From Alphaproteobacteria bacterium (GTDB lineage Bacteria; Pseudomonadota; Alphaproteobacteria; Micavibrionales; UBA2020), in the NCBI GenBank assembly GCA_016124645.1, contig WGNE01000031.1, positions 59,557 to 123,556 on the forward strand: a stretch of 64,000 nt of DNA, read 5' to 3'. Numbering within the stretch: position 1 is the stretch's first letter; each line of letters begins with the position of its first letter. A program made the translations under genes and the position numbers. Below, in pieces: positions 51,874 to 60,648 of the stretch. A model generated the notes under the pieces. It was not told the origin of the DNA and searched no databases. It saw only the letters and a list, made by a program, of their open reading frames with translations.

Positions 51874-51907
51874 CGGGCCGCTGTCAAAAGCGGCCCGCTT
51901 TTTTTGT
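51874..51907. terminator. rho-independent terminator
   Basis: CGGGCCGC-tgtcaaaa-GCGGCCCG stem followed by CTTTTTTTGTTTT. Confidence 0.65.
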
Positions 51908-51944
51908 TTTGTCCGTGAACTTTTTTAGCGACGTTCTCGTTCCG

Positions 51945-52685
51945 TCACTGCAGGTCCAGCAGGTGCGCCTCGCCCTTGTCGGAAAGCCATTTGCGGGCCA
52001 TGTCCATCGCGCGGTCCTTTTCGCGGCGGGAAAGCTGGGTGTAGATATTGTCGCGGTCCTGCTCGGCGCGTTTTTTCGCCTCGCCTTCCGGGTAATGGAC
52101 GATGGCGATATGCAGCCACATCAGCGCGGTCACGGCGTCTTTCTCCATCCCCTGCCCGAGGAAGTACATGGTGGCAAGGTGGTGCTCGGCCAGCGGCCGG
52201 TCGGCGTCCGCCGCGCGGGAGAGGAACATCTTGGCCTTCGCGAAGTCCTGCGGCACGCCCTGCCCCTGGTGATACATGATGCCGATAAGCTCTTCCGCGC
52301 CGTGGTGGCCGGAAACGGCCAGCGGCAAAAGGTTTTCGGCCACGCGCTTGTAGTCGCCCTTGTTGTAGAGGTCGAGAATGGCGTCGTAGTTCAGGCGGTG
52401 GGTGGTGATTTCATAGACCTGATCGGATTTATTCTCTTTCGGTTTTTCCTTCTTCGCGACGTTGTCCAGCAGCACGCCCTCGGGCACGTCGTCGTATTCG
52501 CTGACCGGCGGAATGCGCGCGTCCTGACTCTGCGTCTCGGTGTCGCCGAAGAGCTCTTCCATGGCGGCGTCGCCGTTGTCTTTCTTCGGGGGGCCGTCCG
52601 CATGCGCGGCGCCGACGGCCAGGAACCCCCAGCAAAGGGCCACCGCGGCCAGCAGCGTCATTTTGTGCATGGATTTTCGGCGCAT
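51945..52685 (-). CDS. secreted Sel1-repeat (TPR-like) protein
   Basis: Signal peptide MTLLAAVALCWGFLAVGAAHA/DG. Sel1 units (GAEELIGIMYHQGQGVPQDFAKAKMFLSRAAD, LAEHHLATMYFLGQGMEKDAVTALMWL). Confidence 0.8.
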   Translation of the reverse strand: MRRKSMHKMTLLAAVALCWGFLAVGAAHADGPPKKDNGDAAMEELFGDTETQSQDARIPPVSEYDDVPEGVLLDNVAKKEKPKENKSDQVYEITTHRLNYDAILDLYNKGDYKRVAENLLPLAVSGHHGAEELIGIMYHQGQGVPQDFAKAKMFLSRAADADRPLAEHHLATMYFLGQGMEKDAVTALMWLHIAIVHYPEGEAKKRAEQDRDNIYTQLSRREKDRAMDMARKWLSDKGEAHLLDLQ

Positions 52686-52784
52686 GAAACTCGACTCCCC
52701 TTTGGCGCGGGCTTTCCGGTTGCGTAGCGGCCCGCTCTATATAATTATAGCCCCCGCGGGCGATAAAGCAAAGCGGGCAAAGAT

Positions 52785-53735
52785 TTAGCCTTTCTTTTGA
52801 AAAACCAGCGCGCGCCACTCGCCAAGGGCGACGGCGTGGACGGGCTCGAGCCCCTCGGCCTCATGCGCGGCGGCGACTTCCGCTTCTTGCCTGCCGAGCA
52901 GGCCGGAAAGCACGCAAAACCCGCCGGGCGCGAGGGATTTCGCAAGGTCCGGCGCCATGGCGATGAGCGGCCCGGCCAGAATATTCGCGGCGATGAGGTC
53001 GTAGGGCGCGCGCCGCCCGCAAAGCGGCGTCGCATAGCCCTCGCCGGCCGCGGCCTCTATGTCTGTTTCGGCGGCGTTCATGGCCGCGTGGCGGGCGGTG
53101 ACGGTGACGGATTCAGGGTCGATGTCGATGGCCGCGACGCGGATGCCCGGCCAGATTTTCGTCATGGCGATGGCGAGGATGCCCGAGCCGCAGCCCATGT
53201 CGAGCGCGTTTTTGAAGGTTTTTCCGCGTTTCTCCAGCTCCTCGAAGGCGAGCAGGCAGCCGCGCGTCGTCTCGTGCTCGCCCGAGCCGAAGGCGGTGGC
53301 GGCGTCGATCTGCAGGGGGATGAGCTCTTCGGGCTTTTCGCCCGCGTAATGCGAACCGTGGACGAAGAACCGGCCGGTGACGACGGGCGGAAAATTATCA
53401 TAGACATGCTGCAGCCAGTCGGTTTCGGGCAGGGCTTCGGCGGTGACGTTTTCGGGCGCGATGAGGCCTTCAAGACCCCGCGCTTCCATCCAGCCTTCGA
53501 GCGCGGCGAAAATCGCGCCCATGTCCGGCTCGCCGTAGGTGGTGAGGCTGATTTCCCAGTCGTCGCCGTCGGCGGAGTCGCGATTATGGACAAAGACCGA
53601 AACGCCGAGCTCCTCGAGCGCTTCGCCCGCGGTCTGCGCCTCGGCCTCGCGCAGTACGCGCGGGAAGACGAAGGAAACCTTGAACAGCGGGTGGGGGATT
53701 TTCGCTTCCGTTTCGGCGGGACCGGTCTTCGTCAT
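52785..53735 (-). CDS. prmA: ribosomal protein L11 methyltransferase
   Basis: FGSGEHETTRGCL, LDMGCGSGILAIA, DIDP.SV. Start ambiguous (53735 or 53756). Confidence 0.85.
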   Translation of the reverse strand: MTKTGPAETEAKIPHPLFKVSFVFPRVLREAEAQTAGEALEELGVSVFVHNRDSADGDDWEISLTTYGEPDMGAIFAALEGWMEARGLEGLIAPENVTAEALPETDWLQHVYDNFPPVVTGRFFVHGSHYAGEKPEELIPLQIDAATAFGSGEHETTRGCLLAFEELEKRGKTFKNALDMGCGSGILAIAMTKIWPGIRVAAIDIDPESVTVTARHAAMNAAETDIEAAAGEGYATPLCGRRAPYDLIAANILAGPLIAMAPDLAKSLAPGGFCVLSGLLGRQEAEVAAAHEAEGLEPVHAVALGEWRALVFQKKG

Positions 53736-53876
53736 GTGCAAAAGCCTTTTTGTCATATGGATGGGCAGGCCTGATGATTCTTGATATTGTTGCCTTTGTC
53801 CATCATATTTATATGATTGTTTTCCTGACATTCATATAACCCGGCTTTGTCATCAGGCCAGATTAGGACATCTTCC

Positions 53877-55019
53877 ATGGAAAAAAACGTCGTCATCGCG
53901 GGCTATGCGCGCTCTCCCTTCCATTTCGCCGCGAAAGGGGAGCTGGCCTCCGTCCGCCCGGACGATCTCGCCGCCGCCGTGGTGGTGGAGCTGGTCAAGC
54001 GCACCGGCATCGAGCCGAAGGAGATCGAGGACCTCATCCTCGGCTGCGCCTTCCCGGAAGGGGAGCAGGGCTTCAACATGTCGCGGCTCGTGGTCAATAT
54101 CGCGGGGCTGCCGGTTTCGGTCGCGGGGGTCACGGTCAACCGCTTCTGCGGTTCTTCCATGCAGTCCATCCACCAGGCGGCGGGCGCGATCCAGATGGGC
54201 GCGGGCCATGCCTTCATCTGCGCGGGCGTCGAGAGCATGTCGCGCATTCCCATGGGCGGCTTCAACCCGCTGCCCAACCCGAAACTGGCGCATGACTACC
54301 CGCAAGCCTATATCTCGATGGGCGAGACGGCGGAGAATCTTGCGAAAAAATACGCCATCAGCCGCGAGGAGCAGGAAAAATTCGCCCTGTCCTCGCAGCA
54401 AAAGGCCGTGCTGGCGCGCGAGGGCGGAAGATTGAAGGACGAGATCGTGCCCATCACCCGCGACGACGGCGTCACCATCGACGAAGACGGCTGCATCCGT
54501 CCCGAAACGACGCTGGCCGGGCTGCAGGGGCTCAAGCCCGCCTTCGATGCCGAGGGCACCGTGACCGCGGGCACCGCCTCGCCCCTGACGGACGGGGCTT
54601 CGGCCACGCTGGTGACGTCGGAAGAATTCGCCAAGGCGCACGGCATGAAAATCCTCGCCCGCATCAAGTCGGTCGCGGTCGCGGGCTGCGCGCCGGAGAT
54701 CATGGGCATCGGCCCCGTACCCGCCAGCCGGAAGGCGCTGGAGCGCGCGGGCCTGACCATCAAGGACATCGGCGTCATCGAGCTGAACGAGGCCTTCGCG
54801 GCGCAGGCGCTTTCGGTGCTGAAAGACCTCGACGCGGACATGGACACCGTCAACCTCGACGGCGGCGCGATCGCGCTGGGCCACCCGCTGGGCGCTTCGG
54901 GCGCGCGCATCACCGGCAAGGCCGCGCAGCTTTTGCAGCGCGACGGCAAGCAATTCGCGCTGGCCACGATGTGCATCGGCGGCGGGCAGGGCATCTCCAC
55001 CATACTGGAAGCGGCATGA
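53877..55019 (+). CDS. acetyl-CoA C-acyl/acetyltransferase (thiolase)
   Basis: VNRFCGSSMQ (active-site Cys), NLDGGAIALGHPLGASGARI, CIGGGQG. Start trimmed to the ATG at 53877. Confidence 0.9.
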   Translation: MEKNVVIAGYARSPFHFAAKGELASVRPDDLAAAVVVELVKRTGIEPKEIEDLILGCAFPEGEQGFNMSRLVVNIAGLPVSVAGVTVNRFCGSSMQSIHQAAGAIQMGAGHAFICAGVESMSRIPMGGFNPLPNPKLAHDYPQAYISMGETAENLAKKYAISREEQEKFALSSQQKAVLAREGGRLKDEIVPITRDDGVTIDEDGCIRPETTLAGLQGLKPAFDAEGTVTAGTASPLTDGASATLVTSEEFAKAHGMKILARIKSVAVAGCAPEIMGIGPVPASRKALERAGLTIKDIGVIELNEAFAAQALSVLKDLDADMDTVNLDGGAIALGHPLGASGARITGKAAQLLQRDGKQFALATMCIGGGQGISTILEAA

Positions 55020-56047
55020 CGGCGCTTTCCGAACAGATCCGCCTTATTCCCAAGGTCGATTTGCACGTCCACCTTGAGGGCACGATCACGCCCGCGATGG
55101 CGAAAAAAATCGCGGAGCGCAACGGCGTCACCCCCGCGGCCACGCTGATGAGCGCGCAGGGCGACAGCTTCCGCTGGGAAAGCGACGGCACCGGCGCGGG
55201 CTCGCTCAAAGGCTTCATCGAGGCCTATGACGACGCGACCAAGGTGATGAAAAAGGCGCAGGATTATACCGACATCACTTACGACTACCTGAAACGCTCC
55301 GCGGACGAAGGCTGCATCTATGCGGAAATCGGCATTTCCGCCGACCACGGCGTGATGGTCGGGCTGACCTATACGGAGATGCTGGACGCGATCACCAAGG
55401 GCTATGAGCGCGCGCATGAGGAATGCGGCATCGAGATGCGCATGATCTCCACCTGCGTGCGCCACTACGGGCCGGAAGCCGCGCTGAAAGTCGGCAAGAT
55501 CACGCATGACAACCCGCACCCGCTCGTCACCGCCTTCGGCATGGCGGGGGACGAGAACGCGCATAGCATCGCGGACTTTGTGCCGGCCTATGAAGCCAGC
55601 GGGTTGAAGAACCGCACCGCGCATGCGGGCGAGGCTTCGGGCCCCGAAACCGTGCGGCAGGCGCGCGACCTTCTGCACATCCGCCGCTTCGGGCACATGG
55701 TGCGGGCGATAGAGGACGAGAAGCTGATGGAAGAGCTCGTCGCCCTCAAGGCCGTGCCGGAGGTCTGCGTTTCCAGCAACCTGTTCTTGAAAGTCTTCCC
55801 CTATTACGCCGCACACCCGCTGCGCAAATTCTTCGACGCCGGGCTGAAGGTGACGCTGGGCAGCGACGACCCGACCTTCTTCGATACTTCCATCGGTCGC
55901 GAATACCAGGTCGCGCACCAGCATTTCGGCTTCACCGAGCGCGAATTGCTGAAGCTTTCGCAAAACGCGGTGGAGGAAGCCTTCGTCGATGAGGATACGC
56001 GCGCAAGGTTGATCGAGCGGCTGGAGGGATACGCCATCGCCGCATGA
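55016..56047 (+). CDS. add: adenosine deaminase
   Basis: PKVDLHVHLEGT, HAGE, SDDP motifs. ATGA overlap with the thiolase stop. Confidence 0.9.
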   Translation: MTALSEQIRLIPKVDLHVHLEGTITPAMAKKIAERNGVTPAATLMSAQGDSFRWESDGTGAGSLKGFIEAYDDATKVMKKAQDYTDITYDYLKRSADEGCIYAEIGISADHGVMVGLTYTEMLDAITKGYERAHEECGIEMRMISTCVRHYGPEAALKVGKITHDNPHPLVTAFGMAGDENAHSIADFVPAYEASGLKNRTAHAGEASGPETVRQARDLLHIRRFGHMVRAIEDEKLMEELVALKAVPEVCVSSNLFLKVFPYYAAHPLRKFFDAGLKVTLGSDDPTFFDTSIGREYQVAHQHFGFTERELLKLSQNAVEEAFVDEDTRARLIERLEGYAIAA

Positions 56048-56220
56048 CACGGCGAAATCGTTTACGTCCGACGGATTCTTTCCCATATTTTTAAACATAT
56101 CCTGCGTTTTGCCCCTTTGCGGGCGCGCGGCTTCCGGTCTTGTTTGACAGAAGCGCGGATTTACCCCAGATTTTGCGCATATCAATGAATTTAACCCTGT
56201 TCCCTTATGGAGAATGTGAA

Positions 56221-56754
56221 ATGAAGACTTCGACGATCGTCGGCGGCGCCGCCGGCACCCTGACCACGCTGGTGGGCCTTGGCGCGGCTATTTTCATGCC
56301 GGTCATCGGCCTTGTCGCCGGCGCGGTCGCCGTGCACGGCGCGATCGTCGGCACCATGGGCACGGCCGCGACCGTCGCGCTGACGGCGGCGGGCGGCGTG
56401 GGCGGGCTTTTCATCGGCCAGGTGGCCGCGCCGATCGCGGCATGGGGCGCCGTGGGTCTGGGCGGCGTCGTGGGTGGCGTCGTGAAGCTGCTGGGCAGCG
56501 CGGTCGAGAAAGTGACGAATTTCTTCAAGAGCGACGATCCGAAACCCGCACCGCAAAAACCCGCCGCGCAACCCGCGCCGCGCGCAGCCGCTTCCGTGAG
56601 CGCGCCGCAAAAGCAAGAGAAACAGGGCGGCTTCTCGCTCAAGGCCTTGTTCGGTCTGGCGAAGGACGGCGGCAAAAAACCCGCGAATGAAAACAAGCCC
56701 GCCGCGCCCAAGGATGCGGCCCCCGCGAAAAAGACAGGCGGCCCCGGCATCTGA
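56221..56754 (+). CDS. glycine-zipper-rich membrane protein with Pro/Ala/Lys-rich tail
   Basis: GGAGA RBS. The N-terminal 110 aa are almost entirely G/A/V/L/T with GxxxG spacing. Tail ...KKPANENKPAAPKDAAPAKKTGGPGI. Confidence 0.55.
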   Translation: MKTSTIVGGAAGTLTTLVGLGAAIFMPVIGLVAGAVAVHGAIVGTMGTAATVALTAAGGVGGLFIGQVAAPIAAWGAVGLGGVVGGVVKLLGSAVEKVTNFFKSDDPKPAPQKPAAQPAPRAAASVSAPQKQEKQGGFSLKALFGLAKDGGKKPANENKPAAPKDAAPAKKTGGPGI

Positions 56755-56781
56755 GCCAGCCTTTAATAACCGTTTTTCAAG

Positions 56782-56815
56782 CCGTCCGGGTGTTACAACC
56801 CGGGCGGTTTTGATT
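56782..56815 (+). terminator. rho-independent terminator
   Basis: CCGTCCGGG-tgttacaa-CCCGGGCGG stem followed by TTTTGATTT. Confidence 0.6.
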
Positions 56816-56880
56816 TATAATGAAAACGGAATACATTTGAGAAGACCACAAGAGCGAGAAGACCATAAGGGGAGCGAACC

Positions 56881-57219
56881 ATGACGGCACTGCCGCAAAA
56901 ATGCAAACGCATGAACATCTACGTCGGGGGGCATAACCGGCACAACGGGCTGCCGCTTTACGAAGCCATCGTGATGAGCGCGAAAAGGGCGGAGCTGGCG
57001 GGGCTGACGGTTTTCAGCGGGCTGATGTCCTATGGCCATTTGAAACTTCTCGAAGGCGCACGGCTGGAGGGGGAAAAACTTTCGAACGAGCAGCCGGTCC
57101 TCATCCAGATCATTGAGGATGCGGAAAAGCTGCAGTCCTTCATGCCGGAGGTGCTGAAGATACTGGGCACCCACGGCCTCGTGACGCTGGAAGACGTCGA
57201 GGTTCTGCACAGCGCTTGA
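56881..57219 (+). CDS. DUF190 (PII-like) domain protein
   Basis: ...IYVGGHNRHNGLPLYEAIVMSAKRAELAGLTVFSGLMSYG... pattern. Start 56881 or ATG 56911. Confidence 0.65.
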   Translation: MTALPQKCKRMNIYVGGHNRHNGLPLYEAIVMSAKRAELAGLTVFSGLMSYGHLKLLEGARLEGEKLSNEQPVLIQIIEDAEKLQSFMPEVLKILGTHGLVTLEDVEVLHSA

Positions 57220-57259
57220 GCGCGCCGCGCTTTATTCATTCAATGTGAACCGGGATTTT

Positions 57260-57748
57260 TCAGTAGCCGGGGCCGCGCGTACCGGTGAGCGTCTGCGTAT
57301 TCAGCATGCGCTGGGCGACCTTGAATATCGTCTGGTCGGTGAGCACGTCGCCGATGATCTTCGCCATTTTCAGGCCGAGGGTGCCGGAGAGCGCCAGCAG
57401 GTCCTGACGCGCGGCGTGGAAATCGCGCATGGCGGCCACGTGCTCGGGTTCGCGCAGGTTGGCTTTCAGGTCGAGCCCGGTGTGGCCGGGCTTGGCGCCG
57501 CGGTCGAAGGCGCTTTCGCGCTCCTTCAGCCTTTCGGCGGCCTCATAGAAAGCGCCGATGATGCCGGCGGCTTTTTCGCGTTCCGGTTCGGGCTGGGCCT
57601 TGACGATCCGCTCCTCGAGCTCGCGCAGGGCGACGCCGCGAAAGCCCTCGGAGAGCTTTCCGTCCAGTCCGGTCAACACCTGTTTGTCGCTTGTCGCGGT
57701 CATTCCTGAGCCATTCCGTCTTTCACGCGGGTTTATTTCCTTAAGCAC
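57260..57748 (-). CDS. hypothetical soluble protein
   Basis: ORF track only. Start may be the internal ATG at 57703. No family recognised. Confidence 0.45.
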   Translation of the reverse strand: MLKEINPRERRNGSGMTATSDKQVLTGLDGKLSEGFRGVALRELEERIVKAQPEPEREKAAGIIGAFYEAAERLKERESAFDRGAKPGHTGLDLKANLREPEHVAAMRDFHAARQDLLALSGTLGLKMAKIIGDVLTDQTIFKVAQRMLNTQTLTGTRGPGY

Positions 57749-57832
57749 ATTATAGCCGATATCGCCCGATCATCAAAGCGAAAGGGTTAAAAATACTTTA
57801 AAAAAGCAATTTAATTATATGATTATATTAAC

Positions 57833-58378
57833 TTATTTAGAAGATGAAACAGGCGCGCGCTTCAGGCGGTATTTGAAGGAAAGCACGAATCCCTCGTAAA
57901 TCGCGATGCCGTAAAACAAGAGGTCCATTCCCTGAAAGCCGCCGATTCCCACGGTTTTCAGCATGTCGGCGTCGATCCGGCCGGGAAGTTCCCCGAGCGG
58001 AATGCCTTCGTAACGCGCGTAGAAGACGAGGTTGCTGAGCAAATTGCCCAGCACGGCCCCCGCGCCCGCCAGCCCCGCGCCGAGGTAGCCGAAGCGCGCA
58101 TCGATGCCCTGCCCGGTTTTCTTGACCGCATTGCCGACGAGATAGCCGACGAGCACCGACATCAGCCCGAACTCCGTTTTCGTAGCGACGGTGACGGCGG
58201 CCCATGCAAGCGCGCCGGCCAGCGCGGCGGCTGCGCCGGCCACGGCGGCTTTGGAAAAATTCTGCGCCGCGCGCAGAGACTCGATCTTTTTGCCCACTTC
58301 TTCGGGGGAGAGCGGATGGGGAGCCGGAGCGGGCGAGGGGGCGGGCGAGGGTTGGTGTTGTGCGGCGTCTTGCGTCAT
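57833..58378 (-). CDS. hypothetical Gly/Ala-rich membrane protein (last gene of the tandem membrane cluster)
   Basis: Start trimmed to the ATG at 58378 (MTQDAAQHQPSP...). 10-nt gap to the upstream gene. 3-4 TM helices. Confidence 0.55.
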   Translation of the reverse strand: MTQDAAQHQPSPAPSPAPAPHPLSPEEVGKKIESLRAAQNFSKAAVAGAAAALAGALAWAAVTVATKTEFGLMSVLVGYLVGNAVKKTGQGIDARFGYLGAGLAGAGAVLGNLLSNLVFYARYEGIPLGELPGRIDADMLKTVGIGGFQGMDLLFYGIAIYEGFVLSFKYRLKRAPVSSSK

Positions 58379-58388
58379 GGCGTTTCCC

Positions 58389-59153
58389 TTAGCCGTAGAT
58401 GAGAACATAGGTGAAGCCGAAGACGCAGAGGGCGGCGAAGTTGCCCGCCAGCATGGCGACGGTGGCCAGCATGCCGCGCAAAATCCCGCGCCCGCCGGAA
58501 AACAACTCGTCATACCGCCAGCGCAGCACAAATGCGGCCGAGACGAGACCCGTCAGCGTCATCAAAAGAAGCGCGGGGGCGACCGCCGTGAAGGCGACGT
58601 CCTGCCCGTCGAAGAGGAGCCTTGCGAGCGCGCGCATCTGCAGGGTCAGCCCGCCCATCAGCCGCGGCATGACATAGTTGCCGAGCAGGTCGATGAGCAG
58701 GCCCGTACCCGCGAAGCCCAGGCCGAGGGCGGCGAGGGAAAAGAAGCTGCTGACATAGGCCTCCCACAAGGTGGATTCCTCGCGCCCGCCGGAAAGTCTT
58801 TCCGCGAGTTTCAGGACCGGCGCGCCCAATACGCCGAGCGCCGCGCCCAGCGCCGCGAAGACGAGGCCCGCGAGCCCGACGGGCAACAGCAGCAGGAACA
58901 AAAGCGCCTTGCCGTCCTCGCCGTCCTCGCTGACGGGGCCGTCAGCGTCTTTCGGCCTCCATTGGCGCACAAGCTCTGCGTTTCTTTTCGCCGCCTCTTT
59001 TTGCTGGCGCTGCATCCTTTCCTGCTCTTCCCTGCGCCGTCTTTCGCCGTCGGCGCGCGCGAAGCTGCCGGAAGAATATTCGTTCCAGTTGCTGCCGCTG
59101 TAGGGTTGCCCGTAGAGACCGGCCTGATAGGCTTTGTTCTTGTCGTCGCTCAT
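58389..59153 (-). CDS. polytopic membrane protein, tandem paralog 3 (MSDDKNKAYQAGLYGQPYSGSNWNEYSSG...)
   Basis: Shares the N-terminal motif and TM layout with the two upstream genes and carries an extra charged coiled-coil insert. Start trimmed to the ATG at 59153. Confidence 0.6.
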   Translation of the reverse strand: MSDDKNKAYQAGLYGQPYSGSNWNEYSSGSFARADGERRRREEQERMQRQQKEAAKRNAELVRQWRPKDADGPVSEDGEDGKALLFLLLLPVGLAGLVFAALGAALGVLGAPVLKLAERLSGGREESTLWEAYVSSFFSLAALGLGFAGTGLLIDLLGNYVMPRLMGGLTLQMRALARLLFDGQDVAFTAVAPALLLMTLTGLVSAAFVLRWRYDELFSGGRGILRGMLATVAMLAGNFAALCVFGFTYVLIYG

Positions 59154-59163
59154 GTCGCTGCCT

Positions 59164-59850
59164 CTAGTGATGGAACAAGGTGATGATGCCGGCAATCGCG
59201 GCTCCGCCGGCGGGGAGGACGGAAAGCCCGGCCGCCATGCCGCCCAGAAAACCGCGCGCGCCTGCGAAGCCTTCACCGAGCTTGCGCCACAGCGTGAAGG
59301 AGAAAGCGGCGAGCGCGGGTAGGGAAAGCGGCAAAAGCAAGACGGCGTCATGCCGGATATAGAACCAGTCGCCGTTGCGCACGCCATACGCCAACGCGTC
59401 GATCTGCGCGGCATAGCCGCTGAGCGGGAAGAAGTGATGCCCGACGACGTCCAGCAAGGCGGTTAGCAGCGCGAGGGCAAGGCCGTAAGCCGCGACGGAC
59501 TGGAATGCCGCGATGTAAACGCGCCGGAAGCCCGGCCCGGCGGCGCCCGCGAGCCGCAACGCGAAGAGGAGTACGGGCGTGACCGCAAGCGAGACGGCCG
59601 CGAGGACGAGAATGACCCCGGCGAAGATGGTGGCGAAGACGGCGAGCAGGGGCGTGAGCAAAAGCGGGAAGGAGCCCGCATTCTGCGCGATCTGGCCCGA
59701 CGCGTTCCCGGGTATGTAGCTGCTGCCGGATTTGCTTTTGGCCAGGTCGCGGGCCATCAGCTGGCCGGCGGAATACTGGTCCCAGTTGCGGCCGTTATAC
59801 GTCTGTCCGTAGAGACCGTCCTGATAGGATTTATTCTTGTCGTCGCTCAT
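59164..59850 (-). CDS. polytopic membrane protein, tandem paralog 2 (MSDDKNKSYQDGLYGQTYNGRNWDQYSAGQLMARD...)
   Basis: High identity to paralog 1 along its whole length. 4-nt intergenic gap. Confidence 0.65.
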   Translation of the reverse strand: MSDDKNKSYQDGLYGQTYNGRNWDQYSAGQLMARDLAKSKSGSSYIPGNASGQIAQNAGSFPLLLTPLLAVFATIFAGVILVLAAVSLAVTPVLLFALRLAGAAGPGFRRVYIAAFQSVAAYGLALALLTALLDVVGHHFFPLSGYAAQIDALAYGVRNGDWFYIRHDAVLLLPLSLPALAAFSFTLWRKLGEGFAGARGFLGGMAAGLSVLPAGGAAIAGIITLFHH

Positions 59851-59854
59851 GCGC

Positions 59855-60541
59855 TTAATGCCCGACGAACATTTTAAGCGCCGCGTAGAGCACGCCTGCG
59901 CTTACCGGCACGGCGCTCAAGCCGACCAGCGCGCCGCGCAAGAAGCCCTGCGGCCCGGCGAAGACCTGTGCGAAGTTGCGGCGGAGCATGAAGACGAAGA
60001 CCCAGAGCGCGGGAACGGATAGCGTGAAGAATGCGCCGCTGCCGGTGTTGATGATATCCCAGCGGTGCTGCGTTATGCCGTAGTACAGCGCGTCGATCTG
60101 CTGCGCGAGGCCCATCAGCGGCGGGAAGTGATGCCCGATGATATCCACCAGTATGAAGAGGGCCGACAGGCAAAGCGCATAGCCCGCCACCGCCTGGAAG
60201 GTCGCGACATAGATGCGCCTGACGCCGGGGGAGGGAAGGCCCAGCATGTGCAGCGTGAAACTGAGAACCGGCGCGACGACGATGGCGATCAGTGCGGAGG
60301 CGATGGTGACGACGATGCCGACGACGGCGAAGACGAGCGCGAGAATGACGAAGATGCCGCCGCCGGACGCGCCGCCCGTGCCGGCGTTGGCTTTGGGCGT
60401 GTAATCGACGCCGCCGGACTTGTTCTTGGCCATGTCGCGCGCCATGAGCTGGCCGGCGGAATACTGGTCCCAGTTGCGGCCGTTGTACACCTGACCGTAA
60501 AGGCCGTCCTGATAGGATTTTTCTTTGTCGTTCGTTGACAT
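59855..60541 (-). CDS. polytopic membrane protein, tandem paralog 1 (MSTNDKEKSYQDGLYGQVYNGRNWDQYSAGQLMARD...)
   Basis: Start trimmed to the ATG at 60541. A 35-nt stretch (GGCCGCAACTGGGACCAGTATTCCGCCGGCCAGCT) is identical to paralog 2. Confidence 0.65.
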   Translation of the reverse strand: MSTNDKEKSYQDGLYGQVYNGRNWDQYSAGQLMARDMAKNKSGGVDYTPKANAGTGGASGGGIFVILALVFAVVGIVVTIASALIAIVVAPVLSFTLHMLGLPSPGVRRIYVATFQAVAGYALCLSALFILVDIIGHHFPPLMGLAQQIDALYYGITQHRWDIINTGSGAFFTLSVPALWVFVFMLRRNFAQVFAGPQGFLRGALVGLSAVPVSAGVLYAALKMFVGH

Positions 60542-60648
60542 GGCGTTGCTTCTTCGGGGTTGTCGGGGTCGCGCGCCGATGCGGGCGCGTACCCTTGGGT
60601 TGTCCTTGCGACCCATATTACCATTTTAGCACGGAAAGACCGGGAAAA

